A stretch of DNA of 64,000 nt from Candidatus Omnitrophota bacterium (GTDB lineage Bacteria > Omnitrophota > Gorgyraeia > Gygaellales > Profunditerraquicolaceae): NCBI GenBank assembly GCA_029571225.1, contig JAKPTF010000009.1:26925-90924 (forward strand), given 5' to 3'. Each line of letters starts with the position of its first letter. The first letter of the stretch is position 1. The notes beneath the pieces are model-generated. The model worked only from the letters and a program-made list of their open reading frames with translations. It searched no databases and was not told the origin of the DNA. The position numbers were made by a program, and so were the translations under genes. Positions 9,275-18,609 of this stretch are shown in pieces.

Positions 9275-10729
9275 TTAAGGAAAGCTCCAATACGCTCCTG
9301 GGATATTGATGAGCAGGGTGTTGAAACGCAGCATCAACAGAATCAAGAACTCGGAAACAGACGCGAAACTGATTGCTGCATAAGGACATAGAAAACCAAA
9401 AATAACGAGCCCCGCGCCGCACAGCGTGATCAACGACGCTATAGCCGGTATCAGTATATTGGCGATCACCGTTACCGGAGATATAATCCTGAAATAATAC
9501 GCTATAAATCCGGCTGTTCCAAGCCAGGCTGACAGGGAAACAACTCCCATGGCCGCTACCCAGCGCAGGGGCCGCAGGGAGATCCGGTCAAGACGGACAA
9601 CTTTGCCTATTGCCGGGGATAACAAACTTATACCCGCCACGGCGGCGAATGACAGCTGGAAGCTCGCATTATAGAGCTGCCGCGGTGAAAATACGAGAAT
9701 ACTGAACGCTGACAGGCTCAATGCCTGCGGTATTGACGGGTCCCTGCGCACGTACCAGCTGGAGAAAAGAAAAATCCCCATGACCGTTGCCCTGACGACC
9801 GGAGGGGATGCGCCGGTCATGACGCAGTAAAACACCATCGCCGGAACAATGACCGCCAATCGTATCGTGCGGTTTAACCGCATGACCTTTAAAAGAAGGG
9901 CGCACGCTCCCGAGACGATTCCGACGTTGAAACCGCTGACTACGAGTATATGCACCGTGCCAGACCGTATCATATCTTTATAAACGGACCGGGGGACGCC
10001 GCTTTTATCTCCGAGAACCATAGCCTCCATGATGGCGGCAGCGACAGGTGGCAGTCGTCCGCGGATGATGCGCAGGAAACTCCGTTTCGCGGCCATGCAA
10101 GCACAGACTGGGCCCGGATAACGCGCGGCCTTAATGATACGAACGCGGCGCGCATGCGGGACACGCAGAACGGCTAAGATTCCCTTCTGACGCAAGCGTT
10201 CGCGTACGCTTGCGCCCCTGCCGTTGCAATACCCCTGAGGCAGCACCATGTTCCCTGATGCCTCGACCAAATCTCCGTATTCAGGACTGACCGCGCCGTT
10301 GACAGTAACCCGCAAAGCGCCGCTGCAGTTCCACCAGCAGGTATTGGCAGTAACGCGTTGCGCCTTTATGTCGAACATGGTGCGGCCTCCTTCACGTAAA
10401 GGCTCGCTTGCAACGCTGCCGGAAACAACGCACGATCTGTTCAGGATTCGTGGCAATATGTGGCTTAGATTGTCGCCGGCAAGCGTGTCGGCATTGATCA
10501 GGCACGCTGTTCCGCAGAAAAATACGGCGCAGAAGAAAAAAAAGGATCCGGCGTGCGCCATAAGCCCCTTATCTTCTGCCCGCGCGGACGCTGCGCAGAG
10601 AAAACAACAGGCAAGCGCAATGCCCCAGGCCGCAGGAAACGTTATGCGCATCCTGGAAGTGCATACAATGCCCAGGCTGAAACACAATGTTATCCAGGCA
10701 AATGGGTTTCTCATCGTCATTCGAGGCAC
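9275..10729 (-). CDS. comEC: ComEC/Rec2 family competence channel protein (no metallo-beta-lactamase domain)
   Basis: 484 aa polytopic. DUF4131-like N-terminus and competence core MVLGDKSGVPRSVYKDMIRSGTVHILVVSGFNVGIV. Confidence 0.8.
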   Translation of the reverse strand: MPRMTMRNPFAWITLCFSLGIVCTSRMRITFPAAWGIALACCFLCAASARAEDKGLMAHAGSFFFFCAVFFCGTACLINADTLAGDNLSHILPRILNRSCVVSGSVASEPLREGGRTMFDIKAQRVTANTCWWNCSGALRVTVNGAVSPEYGDLVEASGNMVLPQGYCNGRGASVRERLRQKGILAVLRVPHARRVRIIKAARYPGPVCACMAAKRSFLRIIRGRLPPVAAAIMEAMVLGDKSGVPRSVYKDMIRSGTVHILVVSGFNVGIVSGACALLLKVMRLNRTIRLAVIVPAMVFYCVMTGASPPVVRATVMGIFLFSSWYVRRDPSIPQALSLSAFSILVFSPRQLYNASFQLSFAAVAGISLLSPAIGKVVRLDRISLRPLRWVAAMGVVSLSAWLGTAGFIAYYFRIISPVTVIANILIPAIASLITLCGAGLVIFGFLCPYAAISFASVSEFLILLMLRFNTLLINIPGAYWSFP

Positions 10730-11058
10730 ACCGCGTCTTTAAGACGCTCGAACCTGGAGCCGTTCAGCCCCTTGACCCTGCGCAGCTCCTCAATATCCAT
10801 AAACGGTCCGTTAAGCATCCGGTGATCGATAATCCTTTGTGCGATCGCTCTTCCGACACCCGGGATCTCCCGGAGCATTTCTGCATCAGCGGTATTGATG
10901 TTGATTTTTCCGTATGACTGATCGAAACAAAAAACAGGCCGCAGCTGGCGCGACCGTTTCTGCGCATAGTTCATGGCTGCGCCTGCGAGTATGACGATAA
11001 ACAAAAAAACGGCCACGCGGCGTTCCTGTCGGGTCAATGGCAGCATATCGACCTCCAT
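10717..11058 (-). CDS. comEA: ComEA-type helix-hairpin-helix DNA-binding protein
   Basis: 113 aa. TM anchor plus KININTADAEMLREIPGVGRAIAQRIIDHR...FMDIEELRRVKGL. Confidence 0.8.
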   Translation of the reverse strand: MEVDMLPLTRQERRVAVFLFIVILAGAAMNYAQKRSRQLRPVFCFDQSYGKININTADAEMLREIPGVGRAIAQRIIDHRMLNGPFMDIEELRRVKGLNGSRFERLKDAVCLE

Positions 11059-11119
11059 TCTGCGCTATCGGGATGCTTGCACCCTCAATAGACGCAAAAT
11101 TTCGGATTTTCTCACAGGA

Positions 11120-11335
11120 TCATTTCAGCACGACAAAACAGAAGAGAAAAATTGCGGTGAGGTTGACGACAACAAAAAGTATTTCAGTAGTTCCGACCGG
11201 GCCTGACACTGTACGCAGGCGTCCGCTGCAGTACACGCAGGTATTCAGGATTGTTTTGTACCGAGCGCGGCAATGAGGACAGAATTTTGTTTCTTTATCG
11301 CCCATAAAAAAACCACCATCCTTAATGTGTTCCAT
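11120..11335 (-). CDS. zinc-ribbon plus C-terminal TM miniprotein (paralog 1)
   Basis: FCPHC...CVYC zinc ribbon, then hydrophobic ILFVVVNLTAIFLFCFVVL. The likelier start is M11 (11305), which is preceded by AAGGATGGTGG. Confidence 0.5.
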   Translation of the reverse strand: MEHIKDGGFFMGDKETKFCPHCRARYKTILNTCVYCSGRLRTVSGPVGTTEILFVVVNLTAIFLFCFVVLK

Positions 11336-11379
11336 TAAGAACCGTGGCTTTTCTTAATAACCCGGCGATCGTTTATTGC

Positions 11380-11568
11380 TTAATTCTGGCCGAACGCACG
11401 CATGGCTACGTTCAGGCAAAGGGAAACAAAAAGGATAATAATAAAACCGGTCAGGGTAGCGATAAGGTCTTTGCGGCCGAGTATCTCGTCTGCAGCCCGT
11501 AACGCAGAACCGCACTTCGTGCAGGTTTTATATATCGCCGCATGGTACGTGTCGCATTTCGGGCACAA
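11380..11568 (-). CDS. zinc-ribbon plus C-terminal TM miniprotein (paralog 2), TTG start or N-terminally interrupted
   Basis: CPKC...CTKC zinc ribbon, then LTGFIIILFVSLCLNV. An SD-preceded in-frame ATG at 11589 is separated from the ORF by TAA (11577..11575). Confidence 0.45.
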   Translation of the reverse strand: MCPKCDTYHAAIYKTCTKCGSALRAADEILGRKDLIATLTGFIIILFVSLCLNVAMRAFGQN

Positions 11569-11628
11569 CTGCGTTTATCGCTCTACCATGATCCCTCTTT
11601 CTCTTTTTGCAGACATACCTTCAATCTA

Positions 11629-11656
11629 AATATACCCCAGGGGCGGCTGTTATCAA
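11629..11656 (-). promoter_or_regulatory. sigma70-like promoter for zinc-ribbon gene 2
   Basis: Minus strand reads TTGATA, 16 nt, TATATT. Confidence 0.45.
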
Positions 11657-11791
11657 GGGCATTTCAACCTGTTTGTGAAAGCGATTTCATATTTGTCCGG
11701 GCGTCGCCGCGCATCAGACGGCTTTATATTGATTGTTTCCGGATCCAGCCGGGACTTGCGTTGTAGGGATGCTCGAGGATAACGGATATTC

Positions 11792-14188
11792 TCATACCAC
11801 GATATTGACGATCTTGCCGGGGACAAAGATGAATTTCTTGATCGGTTTACCCTGGATCCATTGCCGGGATTTTTCGTCTTTGTCAACGATCGCCCTGACC
11901 TCCTCGGAAGACGCCTGGGCGGGGATCGTGATCTGCGACCTGACCTTGCCGTTTATCTGTACGGGAATAACTATCGTGTCTTCGATCAAAAGCTTCTGGT
12001 CATACGCCGGCCAGGATGCTGCCGCGACCGGTTCTTTATTGCCCAGGATCTGCCAGAGCTCTTCGCAGAAATGCGGCGCGATCGGCGCAAGAAGAATGAC
12101 AAGCGTTGAGAATACGTTCCTGTCCGCCGCTCCCTGGTAGATTGCGTTCACCAGCTCCATCATGCTCGCAATGGCAGTATTGAATTTAAAACTCTCATAA
12201 TCCTCGGTGACTTTTTTGATCGTCTTATGGAGTGTCTTAAGCACATCCTGCGACGCCTCGCTTTTAAGGTTATCCTGGATGCGCCAGACGCGGTTCAGGA
12301 ACCTCAGCGCGCCTTCCATGCCGCGGTCATCCCATTCCAGCTCAGCTTCCGGAGGGGCGGCAAAAAGGATAAACAGCCGCAGTGAATCGGCGCCATAGCG
12401 CTGGATCATGGAATCAGGATCGACGATATTGCCGCGCGATTTGGACATAACCTCGCCGTCCTTCAGGACCATGCCCTGCGTCAGAAGCCGCATGAACGGT
12501 TCGTCGTAATCAACCATGCCAAGGTCTTTAAAAAATTTTGTGAAGAAGCGCGAATACAGCAAATGAAGGATCGCGTGCTCTATGCCGCCTATGTATTGAT
12601 CGACCTGCATCCAGTATTTCGCTTCTTTAACATCGAACGGCGCTTTTGTTTCCCGGGGAGAGCAATACCTCAGGAAATACCACGAGGAATCGAAGAATGT
12701 TGCCATGGTATCTGTTTCCCTGCGGGCAGGCCCCTGGCATTTCGGGCACGTGCAGTTTACAAACGAGGCGACTTTTCCCAGAGGGCTTCCTCCCTCCCCG
12801 GTAAAAGGCGCGTCAGCGGGAAGCTCGACAGGCAGGTCCTCATATGGAACAGGGACCATTCCACACTTCTGGCAATAGATGATCGGGATGGGCGTGCCCC
12901 AGTACCTCTGGCGGGAAATAAGCCAGTCGCGTAATCGCCAGTGCGTCTCGATCCTGCCAATGCCTTTTTTTTCCATCCACCCGGCGATCCTGATTTTGGC
13001 TTCTTCATTAGGGATTCCGTTAAATTCCCCGGAATTGACCTCAACGCCTGGCCCCTCGTATGCCTCAGACATGGTTTCGACGGAAAGCGAAGTTCCCGCA
13101 GGCTGGATCACAACACGCATGGGCAGACCGTGCTCTTTTGCAAAAAGAAAATCCCGCTGGTCATGCGTGGGCACTGCCATGATGGCTCCGGTGCCGTAAC
13201 CCATAAGAACGTAGTCTGCGATCCAGATCGGGATCGCTTCGTCATTGACAGGGTTGACCGCCCAGGCCCCGGTGAACACGCCTTCTTTTTTTATGTCGGA
13301 AGACGCACGCGCGACCGTGCTCTCTCTGGCGGCCTTGGCGATGAACTCGCGCGCCTCTTTTTCCTGGGGTTTTCCCTTAATAAGCTCTTCGACAAGCGGA
13401 TGCTCCGGAGCCAGGACCACATAGGTCGCTCCGAATATCGTGTCCACGCGGGTCGTAAACACCGGCAGCTGCGTGGCTGAACCCCGAACTTTGAAAAATA
13501 TCTCAACACCCTGGGATTTACCGATCCAGTTGGTCTGCATGGCGATGACGCGCTCGGGCCAATGCGTCAATTGTTTCAGGTCCTCAAGCAGCCGCTCTTT
13601 ATAGTCGGTGATTCGCAGATACCACTGCTCGAGTTCCTTCTGTGCGACAGGGCTGTGGCACCGCCAGCATCCCCCGTCAATAACTTCCTCGTTGGCAAGC
13701 GTGGTGGCGCACGACGGACACCAGTTAACCGCGGAGGCTTTTTTATACGCAAGCCCTTTTTCGAACATCTTAAGAAATATCCACTGATTCCATCGGTAAT
13801 AGTCAGCGTCGCAGGTCGAAATCTCGCGGCCCCAGTCATAGGAAAAACCCATGCGCTGGAGCTCTCGCTCCATTTCTTTGATACACTGATGGGTCCACAC
13901 GTCCGGCTTGGTCTTATTTTTGATAGCCGCGTTCTCGGCAGGCTGGCCGAACGCGTCGAAGCCCATGGGATGCAAAACCTGGAAACCGCGCGCCGCTTTA
14001 TACCTGCTGAACACATCGCCGATGGTATAATTGCGCACGTGGCCCATGTGGATCTTGCCAGACGGGTAAGGGAACATCTCAAGGCAGTAATACTTCGGCC
14101 TTCCGGCAAGAGCGCGGGCCTCGAAGCTTTTGCGGTCCTTCCAGACCCGCTGCCACTTTTCTTCGATATCCTTAAAAACGTATTCCAT
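11792..14188 (-). CDS. leuS: leucine-tRNA ligase
   Basis: 798 aa. HMGH (PSGKIHMGHVRNY) and KMSKS (VMSKSRGN) class I signatures, plus the CP1 editing domain. Confidence 0.97.
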   Translation of the reverse strand: MEYVFKDIEEKWQRVWKDRKSFEARALAGRPKYYCLEMFPYPSGKIHMGHVRNYTIGDVFSRYKAARGFQVLHPMGFDAFGQPAENAAIKNKTKPDVWTHQCIKEMERELQRMGFSYDWGREISTCDADYYRWNQWIFLKMFEKGLAYKKASAVNWCPSCATTLANEEVIDGGCWRCHSPVAQKELEQWYLRITDYKERLLEDLKQLTHWPERVIAMQTNWIGKSQGVEIFFKVRGSATQLPVFTTRVDTIFGATYVVLAPEHPLVEELIKGKPQEKEAREFIAKAARESTVARASSDIKKEGVFTGAWAVNPVNDEAIPIWIADYVLMGYGTGAIMAVPTHDQRDFLFAKEHGLPMRVVIQPAGTSLSVETMSEAYEGPGVEVNSGEFNGIPNEEAKIRIAGWMEKKGIGRIETHWRLRDWLISRQRYWGTPIPIIYCQKCGMVPVPYEDLPVELPADAPFTGEGGSPLGKVASFVNCTCPKCQGPARRETDTMATFFDSSWYFLRYCSPRETKAPFDVKEAKYWMQVDQYIGGIEHAILHLLYSRFFTKFFKDLGMVDYDEPFMRLLTQGMVLKDGEVMSKSRGNIVDPDSMIQRYGADSLRLFILFAAPPEAELEWDDRGMEGALRFLNRVWRIQDNLKSEASQDVLKTLHKTIKKVTEDYESFKFNTAIASMMELVNAIYQGAADRNVFSTLVILLAPIAPHFCEELWQILGNKEPVAAASWPAYDQKLLIEDTIVIPVQINGKVRSQITIPAQASSEEVRAIVDKDEKSRQWIQGKPIKKFIFVPGKIVNIVV

Positions 14189-14193
14189 CGATG

Positions 14194-14592
14194 TTATTGT
14201 TTAAGCCTCAGGGGGATGAGTGAACGCATGGTCTCGATGCCCCGCAGGATGACGTCCATGCCGCATGGTTTTGAAAGGTAATGATCGGCTTCCATGTCGT
14301 AGCTCTTGCGCAGGGTGTCGAGCTCGGTCTTGGCGCTGATGATGATTACCGGGCGCCACCGGTCCTTGTATTTTTCCCTGATCTGCTTGAGCACTTCAAA
14401 ACCGTTGAGCTTTGGCATGATCAGATCCAGCAAAACCAGATCCGGATCGAACGAGGAAAACTTCGCCATCGCCTCTTCCCCGTCGCCGGCGGTGGCGACT
14501 TCAAACCCTTCGCGGGTCAGGCGGTTTGATATGACCTGGACGATATCCGGCTCATCATCGACAACGAGTATTTTGAATCCCATGGCACTCAT
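14194..14592 (-). CDS. stand-alone response regulator receiver (CheY-like)
   Basis: 132 aa. ILVVDDEPD, the phospho-acceptor context LVLLDLIMPKLNG, and conserved K in IIISAK. Confidence 0.85.
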   Translation of the reverse strand: MSAMGFKILVVDDEPDIVQVISNRLTREGFEVATAGDGEEAMAKFSSFDPDLVLLDLIMPKLNGFEVLKQIREKYKDRWRPVIIISAKTELDTLRKSYDMEADHYLSKPCGMDVILRGIETMRSLIPLRLKQ

Positions 14593-15449
14593 CCTTTGCG
14601 CGCGGCGCGATGCATCAGCCGCCGCACTATGAGCAGATTCCGCTCATCTGCGGTCGCGCTATCCTTTGGCGTTTCCAGCACACATGCGGCATGTTCCAGC
14701 CGTCTGTCCCCGACGATCCGGCTGAACCCCGCTATCCCGATTTTCCCTTTTCCGATATGCTCGTGGCGGTCTCGATGGCTCCCCAGCGCGTCGCGGGTAT
14801 CATTAAGATGAATAAGCTCGAGCCGTTTCACGCCGACCATGCGGTCTATTTCATCCATAAGCCGGTCATACCCTGCCTTTGAGGCGAGGTCATATCCTGC
14901 CGCATACGCATGGCACGTATCAAGGCACACGCCCACGCGGTCTTTTTGTTCGACGCGGTCCAGGACCGCCGCATGGTGATCGAACGTATAACCGAGCCAG
15001 GAGCCGCTGCCGGCAGTGTTTTCCAGCAATATCCTGACTCCAGAGCCCGCGGTCAATTCAAGTATCCTGTTCAGGGCTGTCGCTAGCTTCTTCAGGCCGC
15101 GTTTCTCGCCCGAAAACTTATGGCTGCCCATATGGATAACCATACATTCTGCTCCCAGCGCCCGCGCTTCGCGCATGTCCTGGGCGCAGGCGGATATCGA
15201 GCCACGGAACAGACCGTGTTCGGGAGAAGCCAGATTTATGAGATACGGAATATGGATAAATACCTTCTTGATGCCGCTCGATTGCCGGCGCAGCCTGAAT
15301 TCGTCTATGTCGGATTTTTTCAGACTGGCTTTGCGCCACTGCCTGGGGTCCCTGGCGAATATCTGCATTGCCGTACAGCCAAGCGCCTGCGCGCGTGGTA
15401 TGGACTCGCAGATCCCGCCGGCTGTGGATACCTGTATGCCCAGAAGCAT
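14589..15449 (-). CDS. nfo: deoxyribonuclease IV (endonuclease IV)
   Basis: 286 aa TIM-barrel AP endonuclease pattern: FIHIPYLINLA, VIHMGS, ILLENTAG, CLDTCH, HLNDT. Confidence 0.9.
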   Translation of the reverse strand: MLLGIQVSTAGGICESIPRAQALGCTAMQIFARDPRQWRKASLKKSDIDEFRLRRQSSGIKKVFIHIPYLINLASPEHGLFRGSISACAQDMREARALGAECMVIHMGSHKFSGEKRGLKKLATALNRILELTAGSGVRILLENTAGSGSWLGYTFDHHAAVLDRVEQKDRVGVCLDTCHAYAAGYDLASKAGYDRLMDEIDRMVGVKRLELIHLNDTRDALGSHRDRHEHIGKGKIGIAGFSRIVGDRRLEHAACVLETPKDSATADERNLLIVRRLMHRAARKG

Positions 15450-15467
15450 AGGACCTTATTGTAGCAC

Positions 15468-15521
15468 AAAAAAAAGGCAGGTTCACCAAAAATCTCCCGT
15501 CGGGAAATGTGGCGGCCTGCC
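15468..15521 (-). terminator. hairpin plus U8 tract downstream of tRNA-Ala
   Basis: Minus strand has GGCAGG...CCTGCC arms enclosing an inner TCCC-gac-GGGA hairpin, followed by TTTTTTTT. Confidence 0.5.
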
Positions 15522-15526
15522 CTATA

Positions 15527-15602
15527 TGGTGGAGCTGAGGAGGATTGAACTCCTGACCCCTTGCATGCCATGCAAGTGCTCTCCCAGCTGAGCTACAGCC
15601 CC
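15527..15602 (-). tRNA. tRNA-Ala (anticodon GGC), CCA encoded
   Basis: The 76-nt cloverleaf folds by hand. Acceptor GGGGCUG/CAGCUCC with the G3:U70 alanine identity pair. Anticodon loop AUGGCAU. T-loop UUCAAUC. Confidence 0.95.
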
Positions 15603-15619
15603 GCGATTTGTTAGGTATT

Positions 15620-16036
15620 TTAACCGTTGACGTATTTGGAAAGCAGAGACCACGTCTTGCTTCCAACAACGCCGTCAGGCGTCATACCATTGGCTTCCTG
15701 GAATTTCCGTATCGCTTCTTTTGTCTCCGGCCCGATCTTGCCGTCAACAACGCCCTTGAAGAACCCGGCTTTTTTGAGCGCGGTTTGAATCTCTGTCGCG
15801 CTGGGCATGCGGACCTCGCGCTTGCTTGCGGCCTCTAACTGCTTGCGAAGTATATAATTCTCATCCTTGAGCCTGTTGCGCTCCATTTCAAGCGAATTGA
15901 TCTTTGCCTGGTATTCCTGCACCACTGACGCCGGTACTGCCTGCGAAGACGCGCCTCCACGCGACGACATGGTCGTAGCGCATCCGCAAAGTGTTAAAAT
16001 AAAGGCCCAACATATCATTCTATATGCCCGTGCCAT
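15620..16036 (-). CDS. lipoprotein with coiled-coil and peptidoglycan-binding (PG_binding_1-like) domain
   Basis: Start set at MARAYRM (16036), which has AAGGAGG 6 nt upstream. Lipobox LTLCGC. C-terminus LKKAGFFKGVVDGKIGPETKEAIRKFQEANGMTPDGVVGSKTW. Confidence 0.7.
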   Translation of the reverse strand: MARAYRMICWAFILTLCGCATTMSSRGGASSQAVPASVVQEYQAKINSLEMERNRLKDENYILRKQLEAASKREVRMPSATEIQTALKKAGFFKGVVDGKIGPETKEAIRKFQEANGMTPDGVVGSKTWSLLSKYVNG

Positions 16037-16060
16037 ATATACCTCCTTGTAAGTCATGGT

Positions 16061-16089
16061 ATTATACCCCAGATTTATGGAATTGACAA
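16061..16089 (-). promoter_or_regulatory. sigma70-like promoter for the PG-binding lipoprotein gene
   Basis: Minus strand reads TTGTCA, 17 nt, TATAAT. The -10 lies 25 nt upstream of the chosen ATG. Confidence 0.6.
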
Positions 16090-16111
16090 ATAAGATTTTA
16101 GACTGTATTAT
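16083..16111 (+). promoter_or_regulatory. sigma70-like promoter for tRNA-Leu
   Basis: TTGACA, 17 nt, TATTAT. The tRNA 5' end lies 19 nt after the -10. Confidence 0.6.
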
Positions 16112-16130
16112 TGATATACATCGCGGATTT

Positions 16131-16216
16131 GCCGAGGTGGCGAAATGGCAGACGCGTCGGTCTCAAAAACCGATAGGGTTACACCTATGAGGGTTCAACT
16201 CCCTCCCTCGGCACCA
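16131..16216 (+). tRNA. tRNA-Leu (anticodon CAA), class II long variable arm, CCA encoded
   Basis: Acceptor GCCGAGG/CCUCGGC. Anticodon stem-loop UCGGU-CUCAAAA-ACCGA. Variable arm UAGGGUUACACCUAUG. T-arm GAGGG-UUCAACU-CCCUC. Confidence 0.95.
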
Positions 16217-16269
16217 AATTGAACGGTTGACGTTGTCCGGGGAAATGGAGAAATTCCGGATCCATTCTC

Positions 16270-16950
16270 CTATTCCCGAAATCTGTTCAGCATGGCGTTC
16301 TGGTTCAGGTATGGCAGGATCGCGCGGTATACGCGCTGCGCGATAATCCGGTAGCCGTTCGCATTAGGATGGAAGTAATCGCTTTTCATGCTGGCGTTAT
16401 CGAAGATCCCGTTGAGCAGGTTCGGGATGTAAATCGTCTTGTGGATGCGGCTCAACTGCCGCAGCATCGGCCCGTATTCGCTCATTAGATGCGCGTTGCT
16501 GATGTCAATCAGGGCCACGATCGCCCCCTGTTTCTGGCATTGCAGTATGATCGATTCTATGTTCCGCCTGGTATCTGCAAGGGGAATCTTGGTAAGAAAA
16601 TCGTTAGCCCCGAACTCGACGACAACAAGCAGAGGGTCCCTGTCAAGCACATCTGGATAGATCCGTTTCAAGGCGCCTTCCGAAGTATCGCCTTCGATCC
16701 CGGAATTGACCACCGGGACGGACATCATCTGGGACAGATATGCCGGATAGGACGACCGCGGCCCGGCTCCAAAACCCTGCGTCAGGGAGTCGCCGAAACA
16801 CACGACATATTTGCCCCGCGAGTTGATATTGGCGATATCGCTTCTCATGCACCCGGCAATGCACAGGGCGGCAGCGCACGCGACAAGGATACGGATCAAG
16901 GATACCGGGCGGTAAGGCCTAATGTCTTTCATGATGATGCCTTCCTGCAT
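16270..16950 (-). CDS. SGNH/GDSL family lipoprotein hydrolase (arylesterase/TesA-like)
   Basis: Lipobox LCIAGC. Block I VVCFGDSLTQGFG, block III GANDF, and a C-terminal D..HP motif (DYFHPN). Confidence 0.8.
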   Translation of the reverse strand: MQEGIIMKDIRPYRPVSLIRILVACAAALCIAGCMRSDIANINSRGKYVVCFGDSLTQGFGAGPRSSYPAYLSQMMSVPVVNSGIEGDTSEGALKRIYPDVLDRDPLLVVVEFGANDFLTKIPLADTRRNIESIILQCQKQGAIVALIDISNAHLMSEYGPMLRQLSRIHKTIYIPNLLNGIFDNASMKSDYFHPNANGYRIIAQRVYRAILPYLNQNAMLNRFRE

Positions 16951-18013
16951 GGACGCGGCGCTCGTAACTGGAACGCAGCTGGCCGCAGGCAGCCTCTATA
17001 TCTTCCCCCCGCTGCTGCCTGATTGTCACGGGAACGCCGCTTTTTGCCACCTCTTGCCTGAAAGCCGCCGTCTCGCTCCTCTCCGGTGGCACAAGCCCCG
17101 GATCCGTCTGGGCATTGAGCGGAATCAGGTTAACTTTGCAATCAAACCCACGCAATATTTTACCTAATTTTCGCGCGTCTGCCAATGAAGAATTTATCCC
17201 CCGGATGAGCACGTATTCGAACGTCACCTGTCTGCCAGTCTTCTGCCGGTATTCACGGCAGGCAGGGACCAGGTCTTTCAAGGGATACCGTTTGTTTACC
17301 GGCATTAGCAAAGACCTCGTTCTGTCATCCGCCGCGTGGAGAGAAACAGATAACTCTATCTGAAGGCCTTCGCCGGCGAGACGCCGTATCTGCGGTATCA
17401 GCCCGTTGGTGGATATGGTGATCCTGCGCGCGCCTATGTTCAATCCGTCTTTAGCGTTCAACATGCGGACCGCGCGAAGGACATTATCGTAATTATCAAG
17501 CGGCTCACCGCTGCCCATGAAGACCGCGTGGGTCAACGATTTCGCCGCCGAACGGTGCCTTAAATACAGGGCCTCTTCTATCATCTCGCCCGCAGAGAGA
17601 TTTCTCCGGAAACCGAACGTGCCGCTCACGCAGAAGCGGCAGGCGAATTTGCAGCCGACCTGGCTGGAGATGCAGCCGGTGACCCTGCCTGACGCGGGAA
17701 TGCTCACTGTTTCGATCATACCGCCGTCCGCCAGCCTTAACAGGAATTTTTCCGTCCCGTCGGCAGACATGCGGGTTTCCTCAAGCCGGACGGCCCCCGC
17801 ACAAAATTCCTTATTTAACCTCTGCCGAAGGCCGGCAGGCAGATCGGACATGGCGCCAAAATCCATAACCCCGCGCTGATAGATCCAGGTGAATATCTGC
17901 CTGGCGTGAAATGCAGGCATTCCCCACGACGCAATGAGAGATGCAAGCTGGGCGGCATCACGGTCAAGGATATTGTTTTTTAAAGGGACTTTTTCAGTTT
18001 TTTCTTCAGGCAT
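16919..18013 (-). CDS. rlmN: 23S rRNA/tRNA adenine-C2 methyltransferase RlmN (radical SAM)
   Basis: 364 aa. CKFACRFCVSG radical-SAM cluster motif, MGSGEPLDN, and a C-terminal catalytic Cys context EAACGQL. Confidence 0.9.
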   Translation of the reverse strand: MPEEKTEKVPLKNNILDRDAAQLASLIASWGMPAFHARQIFTWIYQRGVMDFGAMSDLPAGLRQRLNKEFCAGAVRLEETRMSADGTEKFLLRLADGGMIETVSIPASGRVTGCISSQVGCKFACRFCVSGTFGFRRNLSAGEMIEEALYLRHRSAAKSLTHAVFMGSGEPLDNYDNVLRAVRMLNAKDGLNIGARRITISTNGLIPQIRRLAGEGLQIELSVSLHAADDRTRSLLMPVNKRYPLKDLVPACREYRQKTGRQVTFEYVLIRGINSSLADARKLGKILRGFDCKVNLIPLNAQTDPGLVPPERSETAAFRQEVAKSGVPVTIRQQRGEDIEAACGQLRSSYERRVHAGRHHHERH

Positions 18014-18609
18014 GTATCAATATCGTCCAGGATGTCGTTGTTGAAAAGGCGGGCAGCGGCGGCGACCTGGACCGCGGATTCCAGCGCCTCGATCCGGTAA
18101 AAACATTCGGAGAAATCGTCGTCGATGGAAACCACCCCGTGGTTCTTGAGAACCACGATCCTGTTTTTGCCAAGCGCGGCGATGACGGGCGCGGGCCTTG
18201 TCACCGTCACCGTAAACTGTTTGACCACGGGCACGTCGCCGATCGTATGGCGCGTTTCGAAGATCAGGTCAGCGAGTCGCGGGTAGACGGCAAAATACGC
18301 GTTGGTCAATGGCGGATGGCAATGGATGACGCGCGAACAGGCAAAATTCCGGTAGATCATGCTGTGAAGCGGGTATTCCGAGGATGGGCGAATGCCTGAT
18401 GCGCTGGGGCCGCGCCGGATATCCACCCGGACAATATCGCGCTCCTTGAGCGCCCCGAGGCACGTGCCGCTGGCAGTGATCAGCATGGTGTCGCGGTCAA
18501 GGCGGCAGCTCAAATTGCCGGACTTTGCCACGACGAGCGACCGGCCGTATAATTTCCCGCCTATGCGCCTGATCTCATCCTTGAGGCGTTGTTCCTTTGT
18601 CCTCATCAA
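17980..18609 (-). CDS. class II aldolase/adducin N-terminal domain family protein
   Basis: 209 aa. SGNLSCR, PSSEYPLH, IHCHP and LKNHGVV motifs of the fuculose-phosphate aldolase/MtnB superfamily. Confidence 0.75.
   Translation of the reverse strand: MMRTKEQRLKDEIRRIGGKLYGRSLVVAKSGNLSCRLDRDTMLITASGTCLGALKERDIVRVDIRRGPSASGIRPSSEYPLHSMIYRNFACSRVIHCHPPLTNAYFAVYPRLADLIFETRHTIGDVPVVKQFTVTVTRPAPVIAALGKNRIVVLKNHGVVSIDDDFSECFYRIEALESAVQVAAAARLFNNDILDDIDTCLKKKLKKSL

Noticed and set aside
11575-11577. In-frame TAA as a sign of an alternative genetic code
   Set aside because: TAA clearly terminates conserved genes here (for example, rpsT ends GCA TAA at 7110..7112), so standard code 11 applies.
15527-16216. 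tRNA-Ala/tRNA-Leu pair as an integration hotspot for a genomic island
   Set aside because: There is no integrase, direct repeat of a tRNA 3' end, or compositional break nearby. The flanking genes are ordinary chromosomal genes.
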